Source: Chthoniobacterales bacterium (GTDB lineage Bacteria > Verrucomicrobiota > Verrucomicrobiia > Chthoniobacterales > CAKUMP01). Taken from it: a stretch of 36,022 nt of DNA. Both the position numbers and the translations under genes were made by a program. The notes beneath the pieces are model-generated. The model saw nothing but the letters and a program-made list of their open reading frames with translations. It was not told the DNA's origin and did not search any database. Of the stretch, positions 1 through 9,837 are shown piece after piece. The DNA is taken from contig JBGTCP010000014.1 in assembly GCA_041748815.1 (NCBI GenBank), positions 1-36,022 of the forward strand, written 5' to 3'. Each line of letters begins with the position of its first letter. Positions within the stretch are counted from its first letter, which is position 1.

Positions 1-1
1 C

Positions 2-136
2 TTCATGCCCCCCACCCTGGTCGTCAGCCAATTTGCAACCCTCGAGCCACCACGCGATGCCATCACCGTCGATGCGTCGCAGCCGCTGGAGCAAGTCATC
101 GCATTAGCGATTCAGCAATTGCGCCCAGATTTCTAG
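2..136 (+). CDS. Gluconokinase (GntK/IdnK type), 3' end only
   Basis: Frame 2 reads FMPPTLVVSQFATLEPPRDAITVDASQPLEQVIALAIQQLRPDF*, matching the gluconokinase C-terminal motif HFMPxxLLxSQFxTLExP; truncated by the window edge. Confidence 0.75.
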   Translation, partial: FMPPTLVVSQFATLEPPRDAITVDASQPLEQVIALAIQQLRPDF

Positions 137-137
137 G

Positions 138-167
138 ATCAGTGTCCATCAGTGTTCATCGGTGGTT
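138..167. repeat. Decamer tandem repeat (ATCAGTGTCC ATCAGTGTTC ATCGGTGGTT)
   Basis: Three imperfect 10-mers just after the stop codon; a related copy lies in reverse orientation at 19409-19435. Confidence 0.6.
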
Positions 168-270
168 GAATTCTGAACTTCTGCCTAATCTTGGCCATGC
201 GATCTGGTCACTTTGCAAAGCTATTACGCTTGCCACGGACTGGTGCTCGGCATAAAAGGAACTCCTTCCA

Positions 271-2823
271 ATGTGCCGATGGATCTTCATGTTCGCGATC
301 ACATTTCCTTTCGGCGCTCTGGCGAATCCGGGAGCGTTGATCGTCGTTGGCTTGGCTGGTAACGAATCTGACGCACAATCGCTCACCGCCATGGCCGCCG
401 ACACGCGCCAGGCATTAGTGGCACGAGGAATCCCGGACGCCAGCATCCACACCCTCGAAGGGGCACGCAAGCCGGACATCATCGCTGCATTCGAGCGTGC
501 GTCCACAGAAGTCACAGAAGATTTTTGGCTCGTGTTTTTTGGACACAGCAGCACAGGGCGCGAGGCCATGCCGCAATTTCAAGTTCCCGGGCCACGTCTC
601 ACTGCGGAAGAAATTTCTCAACACCTTACAAGCATTCAGGCCCGCAAATGGGTCTTCATAGGCACCAGCCGGAGTGGAGAATTCCTGCCATTCCTCGAGC
701 AACCGGGAGTAACTGCACTCGCCGCCACTTCAGGAACCGGCGAGATTCAGCAGCCACGTTTTCCCGCACACTGGACCGAATGTTTCCTTCAAAATCCAAA
801 AGCCGCATTTGAGGAAATTGCAACGTGTGCGGATGAACTCGTCACCTCAGCTTACACGTCCTCAAGCCTTGCCCGCAGCGAACACCCGCGCCTGCTCAAT
901 GGAAACACTGGCGAGATTCTGCGCGCTCCATTCAGCGAATCCATCGCCTCCATCAACACGGCCGAGGGTCCCGATTCCGGCAAGACACCCGCCATCACAG
1001 CGGCCGATATCGAGATCCCGCGCACCACGACTCAAAACCCATTTGAGTTCGCCCCTGCAACTCCCGAAACCACCGCACTCATCGCAGAAGCGTCGGCGAT
1101 TCCAAATCCAGACCAGCACGCAGCCCTGCTCCTCCGGAGTGACCACGACCTCACAATCAACAACGACCATTCCAGTGTGGAGCGGCGCGCATTGCGGGTC
1201 TTTTTGCATAGTCCCGCGAGCTTTGACCAATGGGCGAATTATTCATTCTCCCGCAACCCGCCGGTCAACATCACGACAATTCTAGGCGCCCGCATCATGC
1301 TGCCAGATGGTTCCTCTTACATCCTCAATACATCCCAGCCCGAAGCTTCCAGTGCCCCAATCGCAGCGCCCTCAAGCATCCTTTTCCCAAAAGTCGAACC
1401 AGGTTCTGTCGTGGAAATTTCATGGGAAACCGCCCGCCGCTCCGAGATGACCTTGCCGGCATTTTACCAGGAAATCATCCTTCACCAAAGCATCCCGGTC
1501 ATTCTCTCGCATCTCACCATCCGCACCCCGAAGGCGCTTAACTTCCAATGCACGCTCCAAAATTCACCCTTGGAAGCCGAGACCTCCGAAACCGCACACT
1601 CACAGGTTCACAGCTGGCAGTTTGAAAATCTTGCCGCGCACGAACCTCTCCCGCTCGAGCCTCCGCCACGCGAACACCTCACGTGGGTCGGCGTTAGTTC
1701 GTTTGATTCGTGGGATGTTTTCACAGACTGGTTCCGGCGCATTTCCGAAGGCGCTTTTGAATCCGGCCCTGAAGTGAAACAACACGCCGAATTGATCGCC
1801 AACGCGCACCCCGATCGGGATGAAAGAATCCGCGCCGCATTTGAGCTGGTCGCAAGCTTACGCTACGTTGCCATCCACATTGGCATCGGCGCATTCCGGC
1901 CACGCACCCCCGAGACCGTGCTTGCCCAGCGCTACGGAGATTGCAAAGACAAAGCAAACCTTCTCATCGCCCTGCTTCGTGAAATGGACATCGCAGCGCA
2001 TTTTGTGTTGATCAATCGGGGCGACTATACCGATGCGGATTTCCCTGGATGGCAATTCAATCACGCAATCGCTTACTTGCCGGATGACAATGGCGGACTC
2101 TGGCTCGACAGCACTGAGACCACAACGCCATACGGATATGTGGCACCTGGAAATGTGGGGCGCCATGCACTCGTTATCACGGAAGACGCAGCCACCTTCC
2201 AGCGCGTGGAAGCCGGCATCGGAACGACCATCCTCGACGACTGGCAATTGGCAGCCCAGCCCGATGGAACCTGGCATGGAGAATTTTCCCGCAAACTCAC
2301 CGGAATGGCTCAGATCTCCTTCGCCCATCATTTTACCGGCCTCAGTCCGCGGCAGCGCAATTTTGCCATCGCAGAATTCCTCCAGTCATTGTCGCCATCC
2401 GCAGATTATGAAATAACCCCAGCGGAGCATAACGGAAGCCCCGGCATTCACGCCAGCGCAACAAGCCCTGCCGCCATCTCGCCGTCACACGGCCTCGATT
2501 TTGCTTCCGCCTTTAGTCCCGCAAGCCGCACCGTCCCGCTCGAACTCAACGACGCCCAGCCATTCCGCTACGATCAACGCATCCGGTTTGCTGATCCATC
2601 CGGCAACCCTGCGCCGGATTCCTTTCATGCAACCCCGGCAGGCATGCGCTTCTCCATTGAATTCTCCAGGCCCGATGCCAACACGCTCGAACGCCACGCC
2701 ATCCTCGAAATCACCCAACCCCGCATCTCACCGGAGGAATACCCGCAAATCCGCGAGGCCTTCCGCCAGTGGTCGCACCAACTCCAAACTTCCCATGCAC
2801 AACACTCATCCAGTCATGAATGA
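271..2823 (+). CDS. Exported protein: caspase/C13-like N-terminal domain + DUF3857 + transglutaminase-like core
   Basis: Signal peptide MCRWIFMFAITFPFGALA; transglutaminase motifs YGDCKDKANLL, FNHAI, WLDST; DUF3857-like FPKVEPGSVVEI; N-domain LIVVGLAG...LVFFGHS. Confidence 0.85.
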   Translation: MCRWIFMFAITFPFGALANPGALIVVGLAGNESDAQSLTAMAADTRQALVARGIPDASIHTLEGARKPDIIAAFERASTEVTEDFWLVFFGHSSTGREAMPQFQVPGPRLTAEEISQHLTSIQARKWVFIGTSRSGEFLPFLEQPGVTALAATSGTGEIQQPRFPAHWTECFLQNPKAAFEEIATCADELVTSAYTSSSLARSEHPRLLNGNTGEILRAPFSESIASINTAEGPDSGKTPAITAADIEIPRTTTQNPFEFAPATPETTALIAEASAIPNPDQHAALLLRSDHDLTINNDHSSVERRALRVFLHSPASFDQWANYSFSRNPPVNITTILGARIMLPDGSSYILNTSQPEASSAPIAAPSSILFPKVEPGSVVEISWETARRSEMTLPAFYQEIILHQSIPVILSHLTIRTPKALNFQCTLQNSPLEAETSETAHSQVHSWQFENLAAHEPLPLEPPPREHLTWVGVSSFDSWDVFTDWFRRISEGAFESGPEVKQHAELIANAHPDRDERIRAAFELVASLRYVAIHIGIGAFRPRTPETVLAQRYGDCKDKANLLIALLREMDIAAHFVLINRGDYTDADFPGWQFNHAIAYLPDDNGGLWLDSTETTTPYGYVAPGNVGRHALVITEDAATFQRVEAGIGTTILDDWQLAAQPDGTWHGEFSRKLTGMAQISFAHHFTGLSPRQRNFAIAEFLQSLSPSADYEITPAEHNGSPGIHASATSPAAISPSHGLDFASAFSPASRTVPLELNDAQPFRYDQRIRFADPSGNPAPDSFHATPAGMRFSIEFSRPDANTLERHAILEITQPRISPEEYPQIREAFRQWSHQLQTSHAQHSSSHE

Positions 2824-3832
2824 AAACGTCAATGAAACCCCGCCCATTCAGGATGAACAGGTGGAACGCATTCAGCAAATGCCGGCGGTATTTGACTCCA
2901 TACGAACAGAACTTTCCAAACGCATCGTCGGCCAGAACGAAGTCGTGCGCGATCTCTTCGTCTCGCTGATGGCACGTGGCCACTGCCTCATGATTGGCGT
3001 GCCCGGACTCGCCAAGACACTCCTTGTCCGCAGTCTCGGAGAGGTGCTGGACCTTGATTCCCGCCGCATTCAATTCACTCCCGACCTTATGCCTGGTGAC
3101 ATCACCGGTTCGGAAATTATTGACCAATCAGAAGATGGACGCCGTTCATTCCGCTTCGTCCCGGGTCCGCTCTTCACGCAACTTTTGCTTGCTGATGAAA
3201 TTAACCGTACGCCTCCAAAAACCCAATCCGCCCTGCTCGAAGCCATGCAGGAACGCAAGGTCACAGTTGCCGGCACCACCTATGATTTGGCATCACCATT
3301 TTTCGTCCTTGCGACCCAGAATCCCATTGAGCAGGAAGGCACCTATCCATTACCCGAAGCGCAGCTGGACCGCTTCATGTTCAGCCTCAACATCGGCTAC
3401 CCTGAGCACGCGGAGGAAGTGGAGATCCTTCTCAAGACCACCAGCGACCAGGACGAACGCCCAAAGATTGTTTTAAATGGTGAACAAATCCTGGCGCTCC
3501 AACATGCCGTGCGCCTCATTCCGGTCCCGCGATCCGTTGCCGAGTTTGCAGTCACGCTCGTGCAGGCGACACGCCCGCAACACGCCAATGCACCGGATTT
3601 CGTCAAACGCTACATCACATGGGGTGCCGGCCCGCGCGCCTCGCAATGCCTTGCCCTCGCAGGTAAAGTGCTCGCGACCCTCGATGGCCGTCTAAATGTC
3701 GCCCGCGAGGACATCACCGCCGCCGCCAAGCTCGTGCTCCGTCATCGCGTGCTCACCAATTATCACGCCGAAGCGGAGAAACTTCATATTGATCACCTCA
3801 TCGGCCAGATCGTCGATCACGTTTCCGCATGA
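2816..3832 (+). CDS. moxR: MoxR family AAA+ ATPase
   Basis: Walker A GVPGLAKT, RIQFTPDLMPGDITG, Walker B LLADEINR, ATQNPIEQEGTYPLPEAQLDRF. Start placed at ATG 2816 (alternative 2795), overlapping the upstream stop. Confidence 0.95.
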   Translation: MNENVNETPPIQDEQVERIQQMPAVFDSIRTELSKRIVGQNEVVRDLFVSLMARGHCLMIGVPGLAKTLLVRSLGEVLDLDSRRIQFTPDLMPGDITGSEIIDQSEDGRRSFRFVPGPLFTQLLLADEINRTPPKTQSALLEAMQERKVTVAGTTYDLASPFFVLATQNPIEQEGTYPLPEAQLDRFMFSLNIGYPEHAEEVEILLKTTSDQDERPKIVLNGEQILALQHAVRLIPVPRSVAEFAVTLVQATRPQHANAPDFVKRYITWGAGPRASQCLALAGKVLATLDGRLNVAREDITAAAKLVLRHRVLTNYHAEAEKLHIDHLIGQIVDHVSA

Positions 3833-4761
3833 TGCTGCAAAGTCAACCGCCGCTGCCGATTCCGGTCACAGACCGCAAGCCTGTCGACATGCGGCTTCTT
3901 GCCGACCTGCCGTCACTCAGGTTGCGCGCGCGATATCTCGTGGACGGATTTCTTTCTGGCGGCCACCGCAGCCCGCTCAAAGGCAGCAGCACGGAGTTTG
4001 TCGAGTATCGCGACTACCAGAGCGGCGATGAGCTGCGGCGCGTCGACTGGAGACTCTGGGGGCGGTCTGATCGTCTTCACGTCAAACAATTTGAGGAAGA
4101 GACACAGCTCCATGTCCACCTCCTCTTGGACGTCAGTGCCTCCATGCATTACTCCAGCGATGCAGCGGCGCTGAGCAAGTTGGACTTTGCGCGCACCGTG
4201 CTCGCAGCAATGGCGCACCTTGTCCATCGCCAGCGCGATGCATTCGGCGTAGGACTTCTCGGGGATGAACTTCTCCACTACCTTCCCGCCCGCTCGTCCA
4301 AAGCGCATCTCGTCGATGTGATGCACCGGCTCGACGCAGCAGGATTCTCCCGTCAGGCGGACCTGCCACACAGCTTGAACTCCCTGGCCACGCTGCTTAA
4401 ACACAGGTCGCTCGTGATCATTGCCAGCGATTTTTACGACGAGAATCCGCTGCTCCAAGGTGCTTTGCAGCGATTGCGCTACGACCATCATGAAGTCATC
4501 GGCCTGCAAATTATGGACCCCGTTGAGCTGGACTTCCCGTCCGATCTCATGGGGACATTTGTGGATATGGAAACCCAGGCATCCATGCCGGTGAATGCCG
4601 CCGAAACCCGCAAACTCTACCTGGAAGCGCTCAACGATTTCCGCACCTCGCTCGATAACACGTTTCGCGAGTGCAATTTTGACTGCGTGCTCTTGCGCAC
4701 CGATACTGCTCCGATGCAGGCATTGGCAACCTACCTGGCCCACAGGGCACACCGGCTATGA
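3829..4761 (+). CDS. DUF58 / VWA-domain MoxR partner
   Basis: GxHRS..KGSSTEFVEYRDYQSGDELRRVDWR, VKQFEEE, MIDAS DVSASM; ATGA overlap with moxR. Confidence 0.93.
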   Translation: MMLQSQPPLPIPVTDRKPVDMRLLADLPSLRLRARYLVDGFLSGGHRSPLKGSSTEFVEYRDYQSGDELRRVDWRLWGRSDRLHVKQFEEETQLHVHLLLDVSASMHYSSDAAALSKLDFARTVLAAMAHLVHRQRDAFGVGLLGDELLHYLPARSSKAHLVDVMHRLDAAGFSRQADLPHSLNSLATLLKHRSLVIIASDFYDENPLLQGALQRLRYDHHEVIGLQIMDPVELDFPSDLMGTFVDMETQASMPVNAAETRKLYLEALNDFRTSLDNTFRECNFDCVLLRTDTAPMQALATYLAHRAHRL

Positions 4762-6701
4762 CCTGGCTCCTTCCAGCATTCCTCGCCACCGGAGCACTTG
4801 CCTCATTGCCAGTGCTGCTGCACCTGTTGCGGCGCAAACCTAAACAGTTCATCCAATTTCCCTCATTGCGATTCCTCGGCCCCCGCATCCTCCGGGAATC
4901 CCGCAAACACCGCATCCGCCGATGGATCGTCCTCGCGATGCGCTGCCTCTTAATATTACTCATCGCAGCTGCATTTGCCCGCCCGTTTTTTCCCAAGAAT
5001 TCCGACCCAACCGGCATGGTCACAGTGTTTGTGGTCGATAACTCCATGAGCATGCAAACCTCGGGCCGGTGGGAGTCCCTCCAATCATGGAGCAATTCTT
5101 TTTCTGCCAAATTACGCCCCGGCGACCAGGCGGGCGTGATGCTCATGGCTCCGTCCCCGGCATGGCTTGTCCCGGTCACCGACGATATCTCAGCCGTGAA
5201 AACTGCGCTCGCAAATTTCAAACCCGGCTTCACCGCCGCGCGCTATAATCCCGCTTTGCAACTCGCAGGAGCCACCCTCGCCGGTCTGCCCGCCAACGTG
5301 CGCCATCTCGTCTGGATCAGTGATCATCAACACACAGGATGGCGCGAGGTTGATTTCAACCAACCACTACCACCCGGCGTCACTCTGCATTTCCCTCAGC
5401 CGCCGGCGGCCCCATCGCGTCAGGCTGCGATCCTTAACACTCACATCGCAGAATCGTCCGAGGGATACATCCTCAATCTCGAGATCCAACAATTTCTACC
5501 CGCACAGGACACAAGGACGCTCTCGATCCACGCAAATGGCACCCTCCTCGCTCAACACAACATCGAACTCACGAGCAGCGAAACCGCATCGCTGCGCATC
5601 GACATCCCTGCACCTCCTGGCACGGCTTTGCAAATTCGCGCCGAATTGGATCCCGACGATCTACCAGCGGATGACATTGCTTTCGGCGTCTTCGATGCGC
5701 AAAGCGGCCCAGCCGTGCTGACCCTGCCTACTCCGGGGCAAACCGATTTCCTTTCGCATGCCATAGCCTCAAGCCAACAGGCCTCGACCCAATCATTCCG
5801 CACTGTCTCCAACACCACAGATGACTGGTCAGTGGCCGTGGTGAATGGAACCGGACAACTCGATGACCCGGACCACCGGGCAAAAATCAACGCGCATCTC
5901 CAAGCCGGCGGCAGCGTTTGGGTAATGGTCGATGGCAGCAAAATCCAAGCTGAGTGGCTCAGTGAACACGGCATCTCCGTCCGCGCTGTCCGTAAGGCCG
6001 ATGCGCTCAGCGTCCGCGACTGGGATCTCGATCACCCACTGCTTTCCGCGTTTGCCGGCGAAAGTCTTCTGCCGCTTCTGCGAATTGAGTTCCGATCCGG
6101 CTGGGCGCTGGAAGGCGACGCGTTGCTGCCATTGGCCCGATGGGCAGACCAATCCACGGCTGTCGCAGAGCTTTCCACCGGACGTGGCCGTATGCTTCTT
6201 ACCGGATTCCCTGCCACCCGTGAGAGTTCCACCCTTCCACTCACCGGAGGAGCCTTCGTCCCATTTGTCCATCAAGCACTCACATGGCTTCACGGAGCCG
6301 GAGCAGCGCCACAGACAGTGCTGGCGGGCGAACCGCTCGAGCTTCCGGGCGAGAGGGGCACATGGAAAGCCATTCTGTCGAATGGCGAAATTCCACCCCG
6401 CGAGGTTGAAAGGGTCATCGTTCCCGAAACTCCCGGCATCTTCGAATTTCTCAGCGGCACCACCCGTCGCATCTATGCCGTCAACCCGCCTCCCCAGGAA
6501 TCCGATCCGGCGCAATGGCCAAACGCCGACTGGCTCACGTTGCAATCCGCAGAGCCAGCGCCAAAGCCCACGCGGCTCGCTTCCATGAACATACTCAACG
6601 AGCAAACGGAACAACGCGGCACTCTCTGGTGGTGGCTCATTGCAGTCACCATCCTGCTCATGCTCGCCGAAGTCAGTCTTGCAAACCGAACCGCCCCATG
6701 A
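4758..6701 (+). CDS. BatA (aerotolerance N-terminal) + VWA membrane protein
   Basis: LPVLLHLLRRKPK..FPSLRFL and AFARP (BatA), MIDAS DNSMSM, ISD, C-terminal LWWWL transmembrane anchor; ATGA overlap. Confidence 0.9.
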   Translation: MTWLLPAFLATGALASLPVLLHLLRRKPKQFIQFPSLRFLGPRILRESRKHRIRRWIVLAMRCLLILLIAAAFARPFFPKNSDPTGMVTVFVVDNSMSMQTSGRWESLQSWSNSFSAKLRPGDQAGVMLMAPSPAWLVPVTDDISAVKTALANFKPGFTAARYNPALQLAGATLAGLPANVRHLVWISDHQHTGWREVDFNQPLPPGVTLHFPQPPAAPSRQAAILNTHIAESSEGYILNLEIQQFLPAQDTRTLSIHANGTLLAQHNIELTSSETASLRIDIPAPPGTALQIRAELDPDDLPADDIAFGVFDAQSGPAVLTLPTPGQTDFLSHAIASSQQASTQSFRTVSNTTDDWSVAVVNGTGQLDDPDHRAKINAHLQAGGSVWVMVDGSKIQAEWLSEHGISVRAVRKADALSVRDWDLDHPLLSAFAGESLLPLLRIEFRSGWALEGDALLPLARWADQSTAVAELSTGRGRMLLTGFPATRESSTLPLTGGAFVPFVHQALTWLHGAGAAPQTVLAGEPLELPGERGTWKAILSNGEIPPREVERVIVPETPGIFEFLSGTTRRIYAVNPPPQESDPAQWPNADWLTLQSAEPAPKPTRLASMNILNEQTEQRGTLWWWLIAVTILLMLAEVSLANRTAP

Positions 6702-9130
6702 AAACCGATCCACTGAATTTTCTTAATAAACAGAGCCAGCTCAACACCCTCAAAGGCCCTGTTTGGACGGGTGCCGCAGGACTGGCGCTCACGCTGGCAG
6801 CAGTTCTGTGCCTGCGAGCTTTTGTCCCGGATGCCAGCAATGCTCTCCCTTGGGTGTGGCTCGCTGGCGTTGTGATATCGCTCGGCATTGCAGCCATACT
6901 TTGCCGAGGAAAAAATCTTTTCACCACTGCAAGGACCCTCGACCAACAATACTCCACCAAAAACCGGCTCGAAACAGTAGCGGAACTCAAAACGTCCCAA
7001 TCCCCATTGGCTGCCGCGCAGCGCGCCGAAACCGCTGCATCGCTGGAACAAATTTCCAAGCCGCGGTTCAATTTCACCTACCCGGGAATAGCTCTTCTCG
7101 TCCTCCTCATTCTCGCACATCTCAGCGGATTCGGAATTTTCCTCTATCAAACCGCCACCGCCGCACCGGTTGTCGAGACGCCTGAAACTCCGGCGGAGCT
7201 TCCTGTTGCATCACTGCGCTGGAAGACTCCGCAATCGGAAACCAAAGCCACCAATATCGAAGAAGTCCCGCTAACCGCCGAAGCCGAATCCTCCACCGGT
7301 CTCGTCAACATGAGCCTCGAAGTAGCAGTCAACGGCGAGCACCGTCTCAGCATCCCCCACGACAAGGTCGAAAAGGGAGTCCACACCATGGACACCTCTG
7401 TCTATCTCGATGAACTCGCAGTCGAGCCATTCGACATGATCACCTATCACATGCAGGCGCAGCGAATCCATCCCGATGAAGTGGCTCTGACAAAATCGCC
7501 GTTGCAATTCATTCAGGTCCGTCCGCTGCGCGAGGACACGCTGAAAATGGCGGGCATGGGCGGCGCTGATGGCGATCCGTGTCTTCAATTAATCCTGAAG
7601 TTAAAAATCGCTCAGCTCCAGCTGATGAAGCAAAACTTCGTGCTCGCCTCCAATGAGATCCCAAAAACATCCGAACTCTGGATCACTGAGAATGACCGGG
7701 TCGGCACCGAGCAACAGCAACTCGGCGAAAAAATGGACGAGGTTTTTGAATTTCTCATTAACAATGAAGCCCCGACACAAGTCATAGACTTACTCAAACA
7801 GGCCGAGCCTCAGATGTTGCTGGCGGCCAAGGAAATCTACGAAACACAAAACACCAAAGCCACCCCGCCACAGGGACGAGCCCTCGGTTTCATCACGGAG
7901 TGTGAGAAGATCTTTGTCAAAGTGATTGTAGAAAGTTCCGCACAAGCAAAACCGAGTGAAAAAGTCGCCGATCCCTTCAAAGATGAACAGCAATTTGAAA
8001 TGCCAACGCGCGAATCCACCCCCGCCGGCCAACTCGAACAGCTCGCCGAAAAACAGGAGGAACTCCTGAATTCAATCAGCGAAGCTGCTGGTTCCTCGTC
8101 CGAACAAACCGACACAAAAGAACAGACTGAAAAGCAAGAGGAAATCGCGGATGCCATCGCCAAACTCACTGAGGAATCCAACTTCCCCGAGACTGTGAAG
8201 GACGTCCTCAAGAAGGCTCAGGAAAATGCTAAAAAATCCACAGAGCAACTGGCAGAAGGCGATAGCGTTGCCGCCATCGAACCCGCAACACAAACCCTCG
8301 CCGGCTTGCAGTCCGCCGCATCAGAAATGACAAAAGCCGGAGAACAGTCCGCCGCCGCCGCGCTGGCAAATGCTCAGGAGGAATTGAATGATGCTGCCGA
8401 TCTCCTGAATGAAGAAGGAGATGACGCGGCAGGCAAGGCAGCTGATCAGGTCGACTCGACGCAGGACGACTTGCTTGCCTCCGCTAAAGAACAGCAGGAG
8501 TCAGGCTCCGAAGAAGCCGCCCGCGAACTTGCCAAACTCGCGAAAGCAATTGCGGAGTCCAAGATCGGCGAAGCTCTGGCTAAACAAGCTCAGGGTGAAA
8601 GCGACGGCGAGGGCGCAGGCAACCAGGAAACCCTCGAAAAACTCGCAGGCATGGCCGCCGCATCCGCAGCTCAGATGGAAGGTGGCGAAGAATCACTTGC
8701 CGGAGCCATCGACGCACTGCAACGCGGGAAAGCTAATCTTGAGCGACTGGCCAAAAACCCGTCCGCCGATTCCGGCACGGATGCCCTCGCCAAAGAATCG
8801 CTCGCGCAAATCCGCACCGCCCTCCAACGCGTCGCCCCATTGCTCACCAAGCCGGAGACAAAGACTGAAATGGAACAGGTTTTCAACGAAATCCTCGAAT
8901 ACAGGACACGCACAAATACCGTCGTCGCGCTCGGAGCGGTGGTCGAACCGCTGGACTCGCTCATTCAACATCTCTCGTTATTAATGCGAAAAAATGTGAG
9001 GGACGAAATGCTCGCAGAATTTGACAACGATGCAGTCCCTCCTGCATATCGGGACGCGGTCGCCGTATACTTCGAGCGCCTCTCACGTGACTTTGAAACG
9101 CCCGCAGTAGCGCCTGCCTCCAACCCATGA
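6698..9130 (+). CDS. Membrane-anchored, long acidic coiled-coil protein (DUF4175-like)
   Basis: Three N-terminal hydrophobic segments around ARTLDQQYSTKNRLETVAE, a beta-rich domain, E/Q/A-rich heptads, C-terminal VPPAYRDAVAVYFERL; start at the ATGA overlap 6698. Confidence 0.75.
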   Translation: MKTDPLNFLNKQSQLNTLKGPVWTGAAGLALTLAAVLCLRAFVPDASNALPWVWLAGVVISLGIAAILCRGKNLFTTARTLDQQYSTKNRLETVAELKTSQSPLAAAQRAETAASLEQISKPRFNFTYPGIALLVLLILAHLSGFGIFLYQTATAAPVVETPETPAELPVASLRWKTPQSETKATNIEEVPLTAEAESSTGLVNMSLEVAVNGEHRLSIPHDKVEKGVHTMDTSVYLDELAVEPFDMITYHMQAQRIHPDEVALTKSPLQFIQVRPLREDTLKMAGMGGADGDPCLQLILKLKIAQLQLMKQNFVLASNEIPKTSELWITENDRVGTEQQQLGEKMDEVFEFLINNEAPTQVIDLLKQAEPQMLLAAKEIYETQNTKATPPQGRALGFITECEKIFVKVIVESSAQAKPSEKVADPFKDEQQFEMPTRESTPAGQLEQLAEKQEELLNSISEAAGSSSEQTDTKEQTEKQEEIADAIAKLTEESNFPETVKDVLKKAQENAKKSTEQLAEGDSVAAIEPATQTLAGLQSAASEMTKAGEQSAAAALANAQEELNDAADLLNEEGDDAAGKAADQVDSTQDDLLASAKEQQESGSEEAARELAKLAKAIAESKIGEALAKQAQGESDGEGAGNQETLEKLAGMAAASAAQMEGGEESLAGAIDALQRGKANLERLAKNPSADSGTDALAKESLAQIRTALQRVAPLLTKPETKTEMEQVFNEILEYRTRTNTVVALGAVVEPLDSLIQHLSLLMRKNVRDEMLAEFDNDAVPPAYRDAVAVYFERLSRDFETPAVAPASNP

Positions 9131-9837
9131 AGTCAGTAATGGCCGCCCTTCTCGCAATCACCGCACTGCTTGGCGGAAGCGCATCGATCTGCGCCGATAC
9201 CACGCCGCGCGGCGGCTTTGTGAGTTGGGCGCGGATGAAAACTCCCAGCCCCCATTGGCAACGCCACGCAGAGAAAGACCATCTCCTCGTGGATTTCATC
9301 AGAACCAATACCAACCTCGATATCGAGCAGACCTGGCGCGTGGCAGACATCGATGCGCTCGACCAGCTCTGCCAATATCCGTTCTTGTTTTCCGAAGGCA
9401 TCCACCGGCTCACGGATCACCAACAACGGGCAAACCTCGGCGAATACATGCAGCGGGGTGGCTTCCTCTTCATCGATTCCTGCATCAACACGAGTGAGGT
9501 CAATCCCGACCCCGACGCTTTTTTCAACATGCAGGTGGAAACGCTTCGAAAGGTTTTGCCGGGGGTCCGGATCTCTGCCATTCCGCATAACCACCCGGTT
9601 TACAGTGCTTACTTCACCATGGAGAAAGGTCTTCCACATTCTTTTATGAGAAGCATTCCAGATCCTGAATGGGCAAAATACGGATTGCACGCAGTGCATT
9701 ACGAAGAGCGCATGGTCGGGCTGCTCAGCCTCAGCGGGATCCAATGCGGCTGGGCTCAATTGCAGGATGATCCGGGGCATGAGACGGAATGCATGAAGAT
9801 GATGGTCAATATTTACATCCACGCGATGACCAACTGA
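9127..9837 (+). CDS. DUF4159 domain protein with Sec-type signal peptide
   Basis: YPFLF, NLGEYMQRGGFLFIDSC, HPVY, CGW, NIYIHAMT; hydrophobic N-terminus; ATGA overlap. Confidence 0.88.
   Translation: MKSVMAALLAITALLGGSASICADTTPRGGFVSWARMKTPSPHWQRHAEKDHLLVDFIRTNTNLDIEQTWRVADIDALDQLCQYPFLFSEGIHRLTDHQQRANLGEYMQRGGFLFIDSCINTSEVNPDPDAFFNMQVETLRKVLPGVRISAIPHNHPVYSAYFTMEKGLPHSFMRSIPDPEWAKYGLHAVHYEERMVGLLSLSGIQCGWAQLQDDPGHETECMKMMVNIYIHAMTN

Noticed and set aside
2501-2815. N-terminal extension of MoxR (similarly 6515-6697 and 9789-9836)
   Set aside because: It lies inside the upstream gene in another frame; stop-start overlaps give better starts.
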